32,000 nt of DNA from Crocosphaera subtropica ATCC 51142 (GTDB lineage Bacteria > Cyanobacteriota > Cyanobacteriia > Cyanobacteriales > Microcystaceae), in NCBI RefSeq assembly GCF_000017845.1, contig NC_010546.1:2490001-2522000 (forward strand), read 5' to 3'. Positions 16,526 to 25,995 of this stretch are shown piece by piece; position 1 is the first letter of the stretch; every line of letters starts with the position of its first letter. The notes beneath the pieces were generated by a model, which had not been told where the DNA came from, did not search any database, and saw nothing but the letters and a program-made list of their open reading frames with translations. The position numbers and the translations under genes were made by a program.

Positions 16526-17458
16526 CTATTGAGTTAAATTATCCTTAAAATATCTCACACAAGGGGCAAGGGTGATTAAATCCTCTATGTTTCTTTCCAT
16601 AGTATAACAAATCTGATCTAGGGGTAGATCATTGGCATCATAGCCAAAGGGATCTTCTATTTCTATGCCAATGGCTTCAATGCCTAGTATAGTAAAGCTA
16701 ATTAAAGCAACAATAGGGGCAGTCATCCAACCCAATTCATCAACAAATTGAAAAGGTAAGGTTAAACAATAAAGTAAGACTAATTGTTTTAAATGAATGG
16801 TATAAGCCAAAGGAATAGGCGTTTTTAAGATTCTTTCACAAGCGCCTAACACATCTACCATAGTATCTAATAATTTAAACATGGCAGTGAGTTGATACGA
16901 ATTAATACATTGTTTTTCATATTGTTCTTGTAAATAATCACCGATCCAAAAAGCGATCTCTAAAGGTGGATGGTTCATTGTGAACAATTGATCGTACCAT
17001 TTTTGTGGCAGAAACCTAGCCAATTCTTCATTAACGGGTTCGGAGCGTAAATGTAGCTTAGTCGCAATGGCAAAAGCAATCAATAGTCGTAACGTCGCTA
17101 TTTTTTGAATGCGATCGCTGTTATCATTTTCCTTAACAGTTATCCATAACGTGCGAGATAAATTGCGAACTGTATTAATCAAAGTCCCCCAAAGTTTTCG
17201 GCCTTCCCAATATCTTTCGTAGGCAGTATTGGTGCGAAAAACTAACAGTAACCCCAATACAATCGTAGGAACTAATCCACTTTCCAAGGGCAAAGCTAAA
17301 TTAATCCCAAAATGATACAAGATAGTAATGCCCAAGGCAAAAATGGCACTACAAAAAACACTAGGCACAATGGAGGGAATGACTGAACCTTGCCATTGCC
17401 AGATAAGACGAAACCAGGGGCGGTGATTAAGGTCTTGCGTCAATTTTCCCCTGTTCAT
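16526..17458 (-). CDS. bestrophin/UPF0187 (YneE-like) family anion-channel homologue
   Basis: 310 aa. The N-terminus RPWFRLIWQWQGSVIPSI, four hydrophobic helices and the RTNTAYERYWEGRKLWG segment are characteristic of bacterial bestrophin homologues, as I recall the family. Confidence 0.75.
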   Translation of the reverse strand: MNRGKLTQDLNHRPWFRLIWQWQGSVIPSIVPSVFCSAIFALGITILYHFGINLALPLESGLVPTIVLGLLLVFRTNTAYERYWEGRKLWGTLINTVRNLSRTLWITVKENDNSDRIQKIATLRLLIAFAIATKLHLRSEPVNEELARFLPQKWYDQLFTMNHPPLEIAFWIGDYLQEQYEKQCINSYQLTAMFKLLDTMVDVLGACERILKTPIPLAYTIHLKQLVLLYCLTLPFQFVDELGWMTAPIVALISFTILGIEAIGIEIEDPFGYDANDLPLDQICYTMERNIEDLITLAPCVRYFKDNLTQ

Positions 17459-17467
17459 CTGAATAGC

Positions 17468-19426
17468 CTATTTTTTATCTTTAACCTTGGGACGAGGAAA
17501 CTTAGAAGCAGCATGAAATTGCAGAACCGGTTCATTTTTGAGGGCTTCTGTCATGAAACTACGCCAAATGGGTGCAGCATGACCCCCCCCAGTGATCCCT
17601 TTGCCCATAGCACGGTTAGCATCGTCTCCTACCCATACGGCGGTAGATAACTGGGGAACATACCCGACAAACCAGACGTTCCGTTCGTTATCGGTGGTTC
17701 CCGTTTTGCCTGCAGCCGGACGACCAATATTGGCAGCCCGTCCCGTTCCACTATTAATTACCCCTTGCAATACGGTGGTTAAGGAAGCAGTTGCCCAAGG
17801 ATCAAGCACTAATTGGGGTTTAGGGGTATTATCAAGTAATGTGTTGCCCCGACTGTCTGTAATTTGGACAATAATAGTTGGATCAGAGTGCCATCCGTTA
17901 CTAGCAAAGGTCGCGTAGGCGTTGGCCATTTCTAGGGGGGTGATGTCACCAGCACCCAAGGGAAGGGAAATGACGGGGCGCATGGGACTGTCTATACCTA
18001 AACGACGACACACTTCAATTACCTTACTAACCCCAACTTTTTGCCCCAGCACTACTGCCGGAACGTTCCGAGATTGAATCAAAGCAGCTTGGATAGACAT
18101 GGCACCAGAATAACCCCCTCCGTAGTTTCTGGGGCTATACATACCGCTACCATCTCGATAACTAACGGGACTATCATTTACCACCGAACCGGGGGTATAT
18201 TTGCCACTGGCAAAGGCAGTGTAGTAAACGAAGGGTTTAAAAGAAGAACCAGGTTGACGACGGGACTGAATAGCTCGGTTTAATTGACTTTTATCGTAGT
18301 CTACCCCACCAACAATAGCTTTGATAAAATGGGTTCGCGGATCGATAGCTACCAAGGCTACTTGTAAGTCTTTGGCATAAATACCCCGACCCCTTAAGTT
18401 ACGATATCCTTGTTTAACCGTTTCTTGGGCTTTTTGCTGCATGAAGTAATCCACGGAGGTTTGAATCCGCATTCCGCCTTTGATGATTACCTCTTTGCTA
18501 AATTTATCTTGTAATTCCTGCATCACGGTATCGGTGACGTAGGGCAGTTTACTCCCTTGCCAAGAGGTAGGCTTTCCTACCCCTAGGGGGGCTTTGTGTG
18601 CCGTTTCTGCTTCTTCTGCCGTGATCCAACCTAAATCCGCCATACGGTCTAGAACCACCTTCTGCCGTTGCTTAGCGTTGGCATAGTTGTTAAAGGGACT
18701 ATAGGTTTCTGGGGCTTGAATTAACCCGGCCATCAAAGCAGCTTCGGGTAGGTTCAACTCGGAGGCTGATTTATTAAAATAACTTTGGGCTGCGGTTTCG
18801 ACTCCGTAATTATTGTGACCCCAATAGATGTTATTGAGGTACATTTCCATAATTTCGTCTTTATCAAAAACTTGTTCGACACGAATGGCCAGAACCGCTT
18901 CTGAGAGTTTACGGCTAAAGGTTCTATCTCTAGTTAGAAAGATATTTTTAACTAACTGCATGGTGAGAGTAGAAGCCCCTTCTACCACGCCACCGCTTTT
19001 CCAGTTAACCCAAAAAGCCCGCCCAATACTGGTGGGGTTAATACCGTGGTGTAAGTAAAAATGGCTGTCTTCGATAGCTAAAACAGCCCGTTTCAACTCA
19101 GGGGAAATTTTTTCGAGTTGGACGGCTTCTCGGTTCGCTTCTCCGTGGAGTCGAGATAAGAGCCGTCCTTTGATATCATAGACGTAACTGGTTTCTGATG
19201 GGGAATAGCTGTTTAAGGTTCGTACATCAGGAAGGTTGCGAAAGCTAATGGCTAAACCTACTAAACCTCCTGCGACAATGGAACTAGCTAAGAGACTTAC
19301 GCTAAGAACCGTTCCCCCGGCGATGCGAAAAACCCCCTGGGTAAAAGAAGTTTCAGCATTAGGGGATTTTTTAGAATTTTGTTTCTGTCGAATAGTGCTA
19401 AACGACACGATGTTTAATTTCCTCAC
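17468..19426 (-). CDS. class A penicillin-binding protein (PBP1A-type transglycosylase/transpeptidase)
   Basis: 652 aa. It has an N-terminal TM anchor and the GT51 motifs EDSHFYLHHGI and GASTLTMQLVKN. The transpeptidase motifs are SSFKP (SxxK), SRN (SxN) and KTGT. Confidence 0.95.
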   Translation of the reverse strand: MRKLNIVSFSTIRQKQNSKKSPNAETSFTQGVFRIAGGTVLSVSLLASSIVAGGLVGLAISFRNLPDVRTLNSYSPSETSYVYDIKGRLLSRLHGEANREAVQLEKISPELKRAVLAIEDSHFYLHHGINPTSIGRAFWVNWKSGGVVEGASTLTMQLVKNIFLTRDRTFSRKLSEAVLAIRVEQVFDKDEIMEMYLNNIYWGHNNYGVETAAQSYFNKSASELNLPEAALMAGLIQAPETYSPFNNYANAKQRQKVVLDRMADLGWITAEEAETAHKAPLGVGKPTSWQGSKLPYVTDTVMQELQDKFSKEVIIKGGMRIQTSVDYFMQQKAQETVKQGYRNLRGRGIYAKDLQVALVAIDPRTHFIKAIVGGVDYDKSQLNRAIQSRRQPGSSFKPFVYYTAFASGKYTPGSVVNDSPVSYRDGSGMYSPRNYGGGYSGAMSIQAALIQSRNVPAVVLGQKVGVSKVIEVCRRLGIDSPMRPVISLPLGAGDITPLEMANAYATFASNGWHSDPTIIVQITDSRGNTLLDNTPKPQLVLDPWATASLTTVLQGVINSGTGRAANIGRPAAGKTGTTDNERNVWFVGYVPQLSTAVWVGDDANRAMGKGITGGGHAAPIWRSFMTEALKNEPVLQFHAASKFPRPKVKDKK

Positions 19427-19621
19427 TCCGAAAGATCAATATCAATTTATATAAACAGGGATTTACAAGTTTATGATTTTTTAGTTGTTGATATAGTAGC
19501 TTACTAGAATTTTGCTAAGAGTCAATCCCTTGCATTTTTACATTATGGCGGTTTTTCTTTTGATTGGGTAGTCAGAAGCCCGTGGGAGGGGTGGGAAGTG
19601 TAAAAAGAAAATTAATCTTTT

Positions 19622-19657
19622 CCTCCTCTGCTTCCCCTGCCTCCTCTGCTTCCCCTG
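19622..19657. repeat. perfect 18-bp tandem duplication (CCTCCTCTGCTTCCCCTG x2)
   Basis: I counted this directly: 19622-19639 equals 19640-19657. It is intergenic, between the phosphatase stop and the PBP1A start. Confidence 0.9.
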
Positions 19658-19698
19658 CTCACCTTAAGGTAAGGTACAGTATTCAAAAAGATTTCAGC

Positions 19699-21042
19699 TT
19701 ACAAGGCTCCGGCTGCAGTTTGATCAAGAACACCCCCTAAATGACTGGTTAAATTAATGGCTTGTAAAACGGGGTGTCCATCGACTCCTTTGGGATAGTC
19801 AATGACGCTCACACAGCCATTTCCCTGTTTAATATTCCAAAAATTAGCGGGATTTAACCCTAATAATTCACATAAAATCACTTTATTAATGGCATCATGA
19901 GCCACAACAATGCCGATTTTGGGATTTGGGTCGTTGCTATAATTCTTAACAATTTCTTGCCAGCAAGCAACTGCTCGATCCCAAACCTGTTGTAAGGTTT
20001 CTCCTTCTGGCATTTGCACCGTTTCTGGAGCATCTTTCCACTGTTTGAGCATTCCAGGAAAGTTGGCTTCTATTTCTGTTTCGAGTTTTCCTTCCCAGAG
20101 TCCATGACAAATTTCTGTTAAGGCAGGTCGTAGGTCTAGGGTTATATCTGAGTGATATTGTAGGATAATTTCGGCGGTTTCTTTGGGTCGTAATAAGGGA
20201 CTACTGACACCAAAATCAATGTTAATTTCTTTGAGAAAATCTGCTGCTTTTTGAGCTTGCTTTTTACCGTTTTCGTTAAGAGGAATATCTCGAATGCCTT
20301 GGAATCTAGATTCACGGTTCCATTGGGTTTCTCCGTGACGAATAAAGAGTAATCTCAGAACATTATCTGCTGAACGAGGGGGAGGAATAGGAATGCCTAA
20401 ATGGGAGGTTTGATTAAGGGATTCAAGTTGCACTGTCTCTCCCCAACTTCCTGTAAAATTTAAGACGTTAATACAACAATTGGACTGTTGTATTCGGTGA
20501 TAATGGGAGGGAGGAACCCCGATAGCACTCATAATTAAACAGCGATTAATGCCATTATGAGCCACAATTAAAATAGTTTGATTTTGATGCTTTTCTAGTA
20601 AATTTTTCCAGAATTCTTGGGCTTGTTCATAAAGAGAAAGCACCGGAAAATGCTCCCGTTGTCCTTCGGAAGTTGATAGAACCATTTTAAATTCATGGGG
20701 GCGTTGTTTCCAGCATTTATAGTCTTCAGGAAATTTCTTGGCTACTTCGTCTTTATGCAACTTTTCCCACAAGGGAAGGTCTACTTCTCTGAGTTGTTCA
20801 GTTGGGGATAACGTGGGAGGTTCTTTGAAGCAATTCTGGATAATTTCTGCGGTGGTTCTTGCCCGTTGTAAAGGACTACAATAAATAGCATCAATAGTTA
20901 AAGAACTTAAGGTATTACCAACCTTTTGTGCATCCTGGCGACCTTTTTCTGTTACTACAGATTCATCGCTACGCCCTTGAATTAATCGTTGAGCGTTGTA
21001 GCTGCTTTGTCCATGACGCACTATAATAACGCGAGTAGTCAA
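19699..21042 (-). CDS. tandem two-domain histidine phosphatase (phosphoglycerate-mutase superfamily)
   Basis: 447 aa with two RHG motifs (VRHGQSSYN, IRHGETQWN) and two downstream catalytic-His segments (VAHNGINR, VAHDAINK). Confidence 0.9.
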   Translation of the reverse strand: MTTRVIIVRHGQSSYNAQRLIQGRSDESVVTEKGRQDAQKVGNTLSSLTIDAIYCSPLQRARTTAEIIQNCFKEPPTLSPTEQLREVDLPLWEKLHKDEVAKKFPEDYKCWKQRPHEFKMVLSTSEGQREHFPVLSLYEQAQEFWKNLLEKHQNQTILIVAHNGINRCLIMSAIGVPPSHYHRIQQSNCCINVLNFTGSWGETVQLESLNQTSHLGIPIPPPRSADNVLRLLFIRHGETQWNRESRFQGIRDIPLNENGKKQAQKAADFLKEINIDFGVSSPLLRPKETAEIILQYHSDITLDLRPALTEICHGLWEGKLETEIEANFPGMLKQWKDAPETVQMPEGETLQQVWDRAVACWQEIVKNYSNDPNPKIGIVVAHDAINKVILCELLGLNPANFWNIKQGNGCVSVIDYPKGVDGHPVLQAINLTSHLGGVLDQTAAGAL

Positions 21043-21164
21043 TCTTCTTATCCTCTCTCGGAATTATCAATTTCTAGATTACAGGCTCTTGCCACTTTAT
21101 ACTAAACTTATTTTGATATTTGTCAGATTTCTTATTGATAGTTTTGAGCTATTTTTTATAATCT

Positions 21165-22748
21165 ATGGTTTTAAAAGAAAAATTTTTTTCTCAATTGTCT
21201 TGTGGGAAGGACAACAAAAATAATAGTTTTGAAATAGGTTTAATTCTTATTTTTGCTACTGTTACTCTCATTGGTATCTTAAATCATGCTATGTGGCGTG
21301 ATGAACTAAACGGCTGGTTAATTGCTAGGGATAGTTATTCTTTTATTAATTTTTTTAAAAATATAAAATATGAGGGTCATCCTGTACTTTGGTATCTGTG
21401 TTTATGGATTTTAAATCAGATAACAGCTAATCCTATTATGATGCAAATTTTTCATTGGTTGATTGCTGTTACGACGATTGCTATTTTTATTCTTTTTTCT
21501 CCGTTTACTCAAGTTCAAAAAGCTTTATTTACTTTTGGTTATTTACCTGTCTACGAATATTCTTTAATTAGCCGTAATTATAGCATTGGAGCTTTATCAA
21601 TTTTTCTTTTTTGTGCTTGTTTCAAAACTCGTCATCAGTCTTATCTAACTTTAGCATTTATTTTGGCTATGATGGCTAATACTAATGCTTATTGTTTACT
21701 AATTTCCTTAGCATTAGCATTTACTTTAGTTATTGAATATATTTTTAGAGGCTATTTTCAATATGAAACCAAGGCTAACCAATACGATCTTACTGCTGCT
21801 TTAATTATCTTTTTAATAGGGATAGTTATATCAGTATTCATGTTATTACCTCCTTCTGATAGCACTTTACAAGGGGGGGCCAATCAATGGTTTTTTTACT
21901 TTGATTTTAATCGCTTAACTCAAACCCTTACGAGAATTTGGCGTAGTTATATTTTGGTCATTATTCCTAGTGATTCTAAACCGTTAGATTTATTTATTTT
22001 CTCATTTTTTTCCCTTGGTTTATTTGGATTTTCTATATTAATGCTCATTAGAAAACCTATAGCTTTATTGTTTTATTCGATAGGGAGTCTAGAAATTCTT
22101 GCTTTTACTTATGCCAAATTTTTAGGCTCTGAGAGACACTATGGACATTTATATATTATCCTCATTGCTGCTTTATGGATAGGCAATTATTATGCTAACT
22201 CTCAAATTATTATCAATTTTTTAAATAACATTTCTTATCGATTTTCAAGAATAGTTTGCCACGGAGCAAATTTTGTTTCCTATCATAAAAAATATTTTTT
22301 ATTAATTATATTATGGTTACAGGTGATTGCAGGAATTGTTGCTTTTAGTCGGGACTTAATTACTCCATACTCTAGTAGTAAAATGACCGCAGAATTTATT
22401 CAAAGTAATAATTTATCTGAGCATTTTATTATGGGTAGCGAAGATTTTACCATTGCACCTATTAGTGGTTATCTTGAGCAAAAAATATACTACCCTGAAG
22501 CTCAAAAAATGGGTAGTTATGTTCTTTTTAACAATGAGCGAAAAATAGTTGATGATACTGATATCATTAATCAGATGAGTCAAATTATAGCTAATGACAA
22601 TAAAGATATTTTACTGATTCTGAATCGAGAATTTTTAGACTCATCCCAAGACTTAAAGATTCAATTCATAGAAAAATTCACTCAATCTTTTATCTATAAT
22701 GAAAAATATTATCTTTATTTAGTAAAATCATCGTCTAAATCGAGTTAA
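21165..22748 (+). CDS. polytopic membrane protein, possibly a GT-C-fold glycosyltransferase
   Basis: 527 aa with more than 10 hydrophobic helices and a soluble C-terminal domain of about 130 aa. It ends 5 nt before an ArnT/PMT-like gene. The function is inferred from architecture only. Confidence 0.75.
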   Translation: MVLKEKFFSQLSCGKDNKNNSFEIGLILIFATVTLIGILNHAMWRDELNGWLIARDSYSFINFFKNIKYEGHPVLWYLCLWILNQITANPIMMQIFHWLIAVTTIAIFILFSPFTQVQKALFTFGYLPVYEYSLISRNYSIGALSIFLFCACFKTRHQSYLTLAFILAMMANTNAYCLLISLALAFTLVIEYIFRGYFQYETKANQYDLTAALIIFLIGIVISVFMLLPPSDSTLQGGANQWFFYFDFNRLTQTLTRIWRSYILVIIPSDSKPLDLFIFSFFSLGLFGFSILMLIRKPIALLFYSIGSLEILAFTYAKFLGSERHYGHLYIILIAALWIGNYYANSQIIINFLNNISYRFSRIVCHGANFVSYHKKYFLLIILWLQVIAGIVAFSRDLITPYSSSKMTAEFIQSNNLSEHFIMGSEDFTIAPISGYLEQKIYYPEAQKMGSYVLFNNERKIVDDTDIINQMSQIIANDNKDILLILNREFLDSSQDLKIQFIEKFTQSFIYNEKYYLYLVKSSSKSS

Positions 22749-22753
22749 ACAAT

Positions 22754-24310
22754 ATGTTCAAAATTAATACAAAAAATGATACTATATGGTTTTTACTACT
22801 GTTAATCTTAGCGTTATTATTATCAATTTTAAATTTAGATAATCTTCCTTTAAGAGATTGGGATGAAGGATATTATGCTAAAGTTGCACAAGATATGTTT
22901 CAGTCAGGAAATTGGCTTTATTTAACCTATGCAGATAAGCCATTTCTATTAAAACCACCTTTAATTATTTGGCTCATTAATATTAGTTATAATTTGATAG
23001 GGATAAGTGAATTTTCTACCCGTTTTCCCTGTGCTTTATTAACTGCTTTTGGTGTTCCTTTACTTTATTTAGTGGGAAACAATTTATTTTCTAAACAACA
23101 GCCAGCTATTTTAGGTAGTCTAGTTTATTTAACTTTATTACCTATGGTACGTCATGGACGTTTAGCCATGATAGATGGTATGATTAACACTTTTTTGATA
23201 TTTTCTATTTTCTCTTTAGTGAAGTCTAAACAACAACCTTTATGGTCAATTGGTTTTGGTGTTGGTTTAGGATTAATTGCTTTAAGTAAAGGAATTTTAG
23301 CCCTAGCATTGGGAGGGGTTTTAGGGATGTACATTCTTTGGGATAACCCTAAAATTGTACTAAAAAATATGATGTTATGGTTAGGTTTATTAATTGGATT
23401 TTTACCTGTAATGATCTGGTATTATTTACAAATTAATTATTATGGAGAGCAATTTATTCAAGTTCATTTTTTGCAACAGAATTTTGATCGCTTATCCACT
23501 GCGGTAGAGGGAAATAGTGGTTCACCTTGGTATTATATAATTGAATTGATCAAATATAGTTTACCGTGGTTACTATTTCTACCTGGTGGCTTAATTTCAG
23601 CCTGGAAACAACGTCGAAATAGTTGGGCAAAATTGGTGTTAACAGGCTGTATTCTCTTCTTAGGAATCATTACTGTAATGGGAACCAAATTACCTTGGTA
23701 TATTATGCCAATTTATCCTTTTTTTGCTCTAGGGGTTGCCTATTATTTATCTAGTTTATATACAAAGGAACAATATTATCCTAAATGGTTAGTTTTTAGT
23801 TTCTTTTTTCTTAGTGCCTTAACGATTATAGGAGGTATTTATTTATGGCAAGAAACCCAAGAATTTTTACTTTTAGTTATGTCTGTTGTTCTTGGTATTA
23901 CCTTCTTATTGACAGCAAAAAAATTAAAAGATAATTCCCATCAGTTTTTGATTATTCTGATTACAGGTTTATATCTTAGTTTGAGTTTATTCATCCTGTC
24001 TAAATCTTGGTTATGGGAACTGAATGAAGCATTTGAGGTGAAACCTGTGGCGAATTTAGTTAAAGAAAATACACCCCCTAAAACAATTATTTATACTTCA
24101 TTTAACTATAGTCGTCCTAGTTTAGATTTTTATAGCGATCGCCAGATACTTGCTAAAGATAATAGTACATTAGAAAAATTGGCTGCATCCTCATCTTATC
24201 TGTTATTAGATAAGCCAACTTTTGACAATTTAAAGTTAACCAATGTTAAAATACTAGGAGAAGTGAATCAATTTATTTTGATTTCAACCCATAAGTCACA
24301 GCCAAAATAG
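22754..24310 (+). CDS. ArnT/PMT-like (GT39/GT83-type) lipid-linked-sugar glycosyltransferase
   Basis: 518 aa. The first-loop acidic motif LRDWDEGYYA is typical of PMT_2/ArnT enzymes. It is polytopic with a C-terminal soluble domain. Confidence 0.8.
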   Translation: MFKINTKNDTIWFLLLLILALLLSILNLDNLPLRDWDEGYYAKVAQDMFQSGNWLYLTYADKPFLLKPPLIIWLINISYNLIGISEFSTRFPCALLTAFGVPLLYLVGNNLFSKQQPAILGSLVYLTLLPMVRHGRLAMIDGMINTFLIFSIFSLVKSKQQPLWSIGFGVGLGLIALSKGILALALGGVLGMYILWDNPKIVLKNMMLWLGLLIGFLPVMIWYYLQINYYGEQFIQVHFLQQNFDRLSTAVEGNSGSPWYYIIELIKYSLPWLLFLPGGLISAWKQRRNSWAKLVLTGCILFLGIITVMGTKLPWYIMPIYPFFALGVAYYLSSLYTKEQYYPKWLVFSFFFLSALTIIGGIYLWQETQEFLLLVMSVVLGITFLLTAKKLKDNSHQFLIILITGLYLSLSLFILSKSWLWELNEAFEVKPVANLVKENTPPKTIIYTSFNYSRPSLDFYSDRQILAKDNSTLEKLAASSSYLLLDKPTFDNLKLTNVKILGEVNQFILISTHKSQPK

Positions 24311-24324
24311 TTAGAGAGAGTTTA

Positions 24325-25887
24325 ATGACAACTAAAAGAATAATATTAATTGTTTTAACTATTATTTCACTAATCCCAGTTATTTTGTCATTGATTGGCA
24401 GTATTAATCAACCCCAAGTTCAGTCCAATTTACAACTTTATCAAACTAACTTAGTGTTGCAAGCATCAGAATTTTCAGGGGATAATATCAGTGAATTTGA
24501 GAAAATTCGTGAATCAGTTTTAGGAAAAAACCCTTATCAAGCTGCTCTTAAACAATACAAAGAAGCTCTTAAGCTATCACAGAAAAACTTAACTCAATTA
24601 GAAACTAATTTAGAAATTATTAATCAAAAATCTGATCTTATCCAAGAATCAGAAACCACTATTAATTCTATTCCTATTTTTTCAGCAACGAATGAACAAC
24701 AAAAATTACAAACAGAAGTTAATCGACAAAAAGAAGAAATTGAAACCATAAAAATTAAAATAGGACTATTAGAAATTGCCCAAGGAAATCGAAGCCAAGG
24801 GTTAGGAACCTTAGATAATATAGAATTATTATCTTTCTCTCCTTCTGTCCATTATACTGCGGATATTCTTAGCCATTTATGGGATGATAAACCTTCGGTT
24901 TTATCTGACTCAGAATCAACAATTAAAAATGAACTCAATGGATGGTTTCGCTATTATTCTCTCAATCAACTTTACCAAGTACAAAATAGAAACAATGATT
25001 TAGTTAGTTTACAAGAAAAAGAACAAGAAGCAGCCCAAAAAGCCCTAATTAAATTAACCATTGTTGCGATTATTCCGGTATTAGGAGGATTAATAGGAAT
25101 CGGAATTATTATCTTTTCTCTGGTTCAATTAGCCGTTAAAAAAGAATCTTCTATTTTAGCCATAGATGAAAGATTTAAGTGGAAAACCCCCTGGACATTA
25201 GAAATTCCTTGGCAAGTTTTAGTAGTAGGTTTTCTCTTTTTTGGACAAATTGTTCTACCTATTTTAGTTAGCTTTCTCAATATCGATTTAACTGAATTAA
25301 CCCTACGAGGAAAAGCTTTTTATGTTTTAGGTAGCTATGTGGCCATGTCTGTAGGAGGTATAGGAGTCCTTTATTTATCCATCAAACCTTTTTTACCTTT
25401 ACCCAAAGATTGGTTTAATTTTAATTGGTTGAGTAACTGGATAGTTTGGGGAGTTGGGGGTTATTTAGTCGCTTTACCTTTAGTCGTTATTATTTCATTA
25501 ATTAACCAAAATATTTGGGATGGACAAGGAGGCAGTAACCCCTTACTTTCCTTAGCGTTAGAAGGACAAGATATCGTAGTTTTAGCCATCTTTTACTTTA
25601 CTGCAGCGATCGCTGCTCCTGTGTACGAAGAAATTATGTTTCGTGGCTTTTTACTCCCTTCTTTAACGCGATATCTTCCCTTATGGGGTGCCATTGGACT
25701 CAGTAGTGTTGTTTTTGCCGTTGCTCATCTTAATCTGTCTGAGGTACTTCCTTTAACCATTCTTGGTATGGTTTTAGGGGTAGTCTATACCAAATCCCGT
25801 AATCTCCTCTCTTCTATGTTATTACATAGTCTCTGGAATAGTGGCACTTTGATCAGTCTTTTCCTATTAGGGAGTGGTTCTAATTAG
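24325..25887 (+). CDS. CPBP (CAAX/Abi) family intramembrane glutamic protease with a long N-terminal extension
   Basis: 520 aa. CPBP motifs are PVYEEIMFRGF, FAVAHL and HSLWN in the C-terminal half. The N-terminal ~240 aa comprise a TM anchor followed by a Q/E/K-rich coiled-coil-like region. Confidence 0.85.
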   Translation: MTTKRIILIVLTIISLIPVILSLIGSINQPQVQSNLQLYQTNLVLQASEFSGDNISEFEKIRESVLGKNPYQAALKQYKEALKLSQKNLTQLETNLEIINQKSDLIQESETTINSIPIFSATNEQQKLQTEVNRQKEEIETIKIKIGLLEIAQGNRSQGLGTLDNIELLSFSPSVHYTADILSHLWDDKPSVLSDSESTIKNELNGWFRYYSLNQLYQVQNRNNDLVSLQEKEQEAAQKALIKLTIVAIIPVLGGLIGIGIIIFSLVQLAVKKESSILAIDERFKWKTPWTLEIPWQVLVVGFLFFGQIVLPILVSFLNIDLTELTLRGKAFYVLGSYVAMSVGGIGVLYLSIKPFLPLPKDWFNFNWLSNWIVWGVGGYLVALPLVVIISLINQNIWDGQGGSNPLLSLALEGQDIVVLAIFYFTAAIAAPVYEEIMFRGFLLPSLTRYLPLWGAIGLSSVVFAVAHLNLSEVLPLTILGMVLGVVYTKSRNLLSSMLLHSLWNSGTLISLFLLGSGSN

Positions 25888-25995
25888 CTGATTTGAGCAA
25901 AAGTTAACAAAATATTGAGGAGTGATAATAAAGTAACTGTTTCAGGGAATAATAGAGATGATATGACTTAAATATAATAGTAGATTGAATCATCA

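Noticed and set aside
21135-21162. TTGATA-16 nt-TATAAT promoter-like match upstream of the 527-aa membrane protein gene
   Set aside because: The -10 element ends 2 nt before the ATG at 21165, so transcription would start inside the ORF. Such matches are expected by chance in AT-rich DNA.
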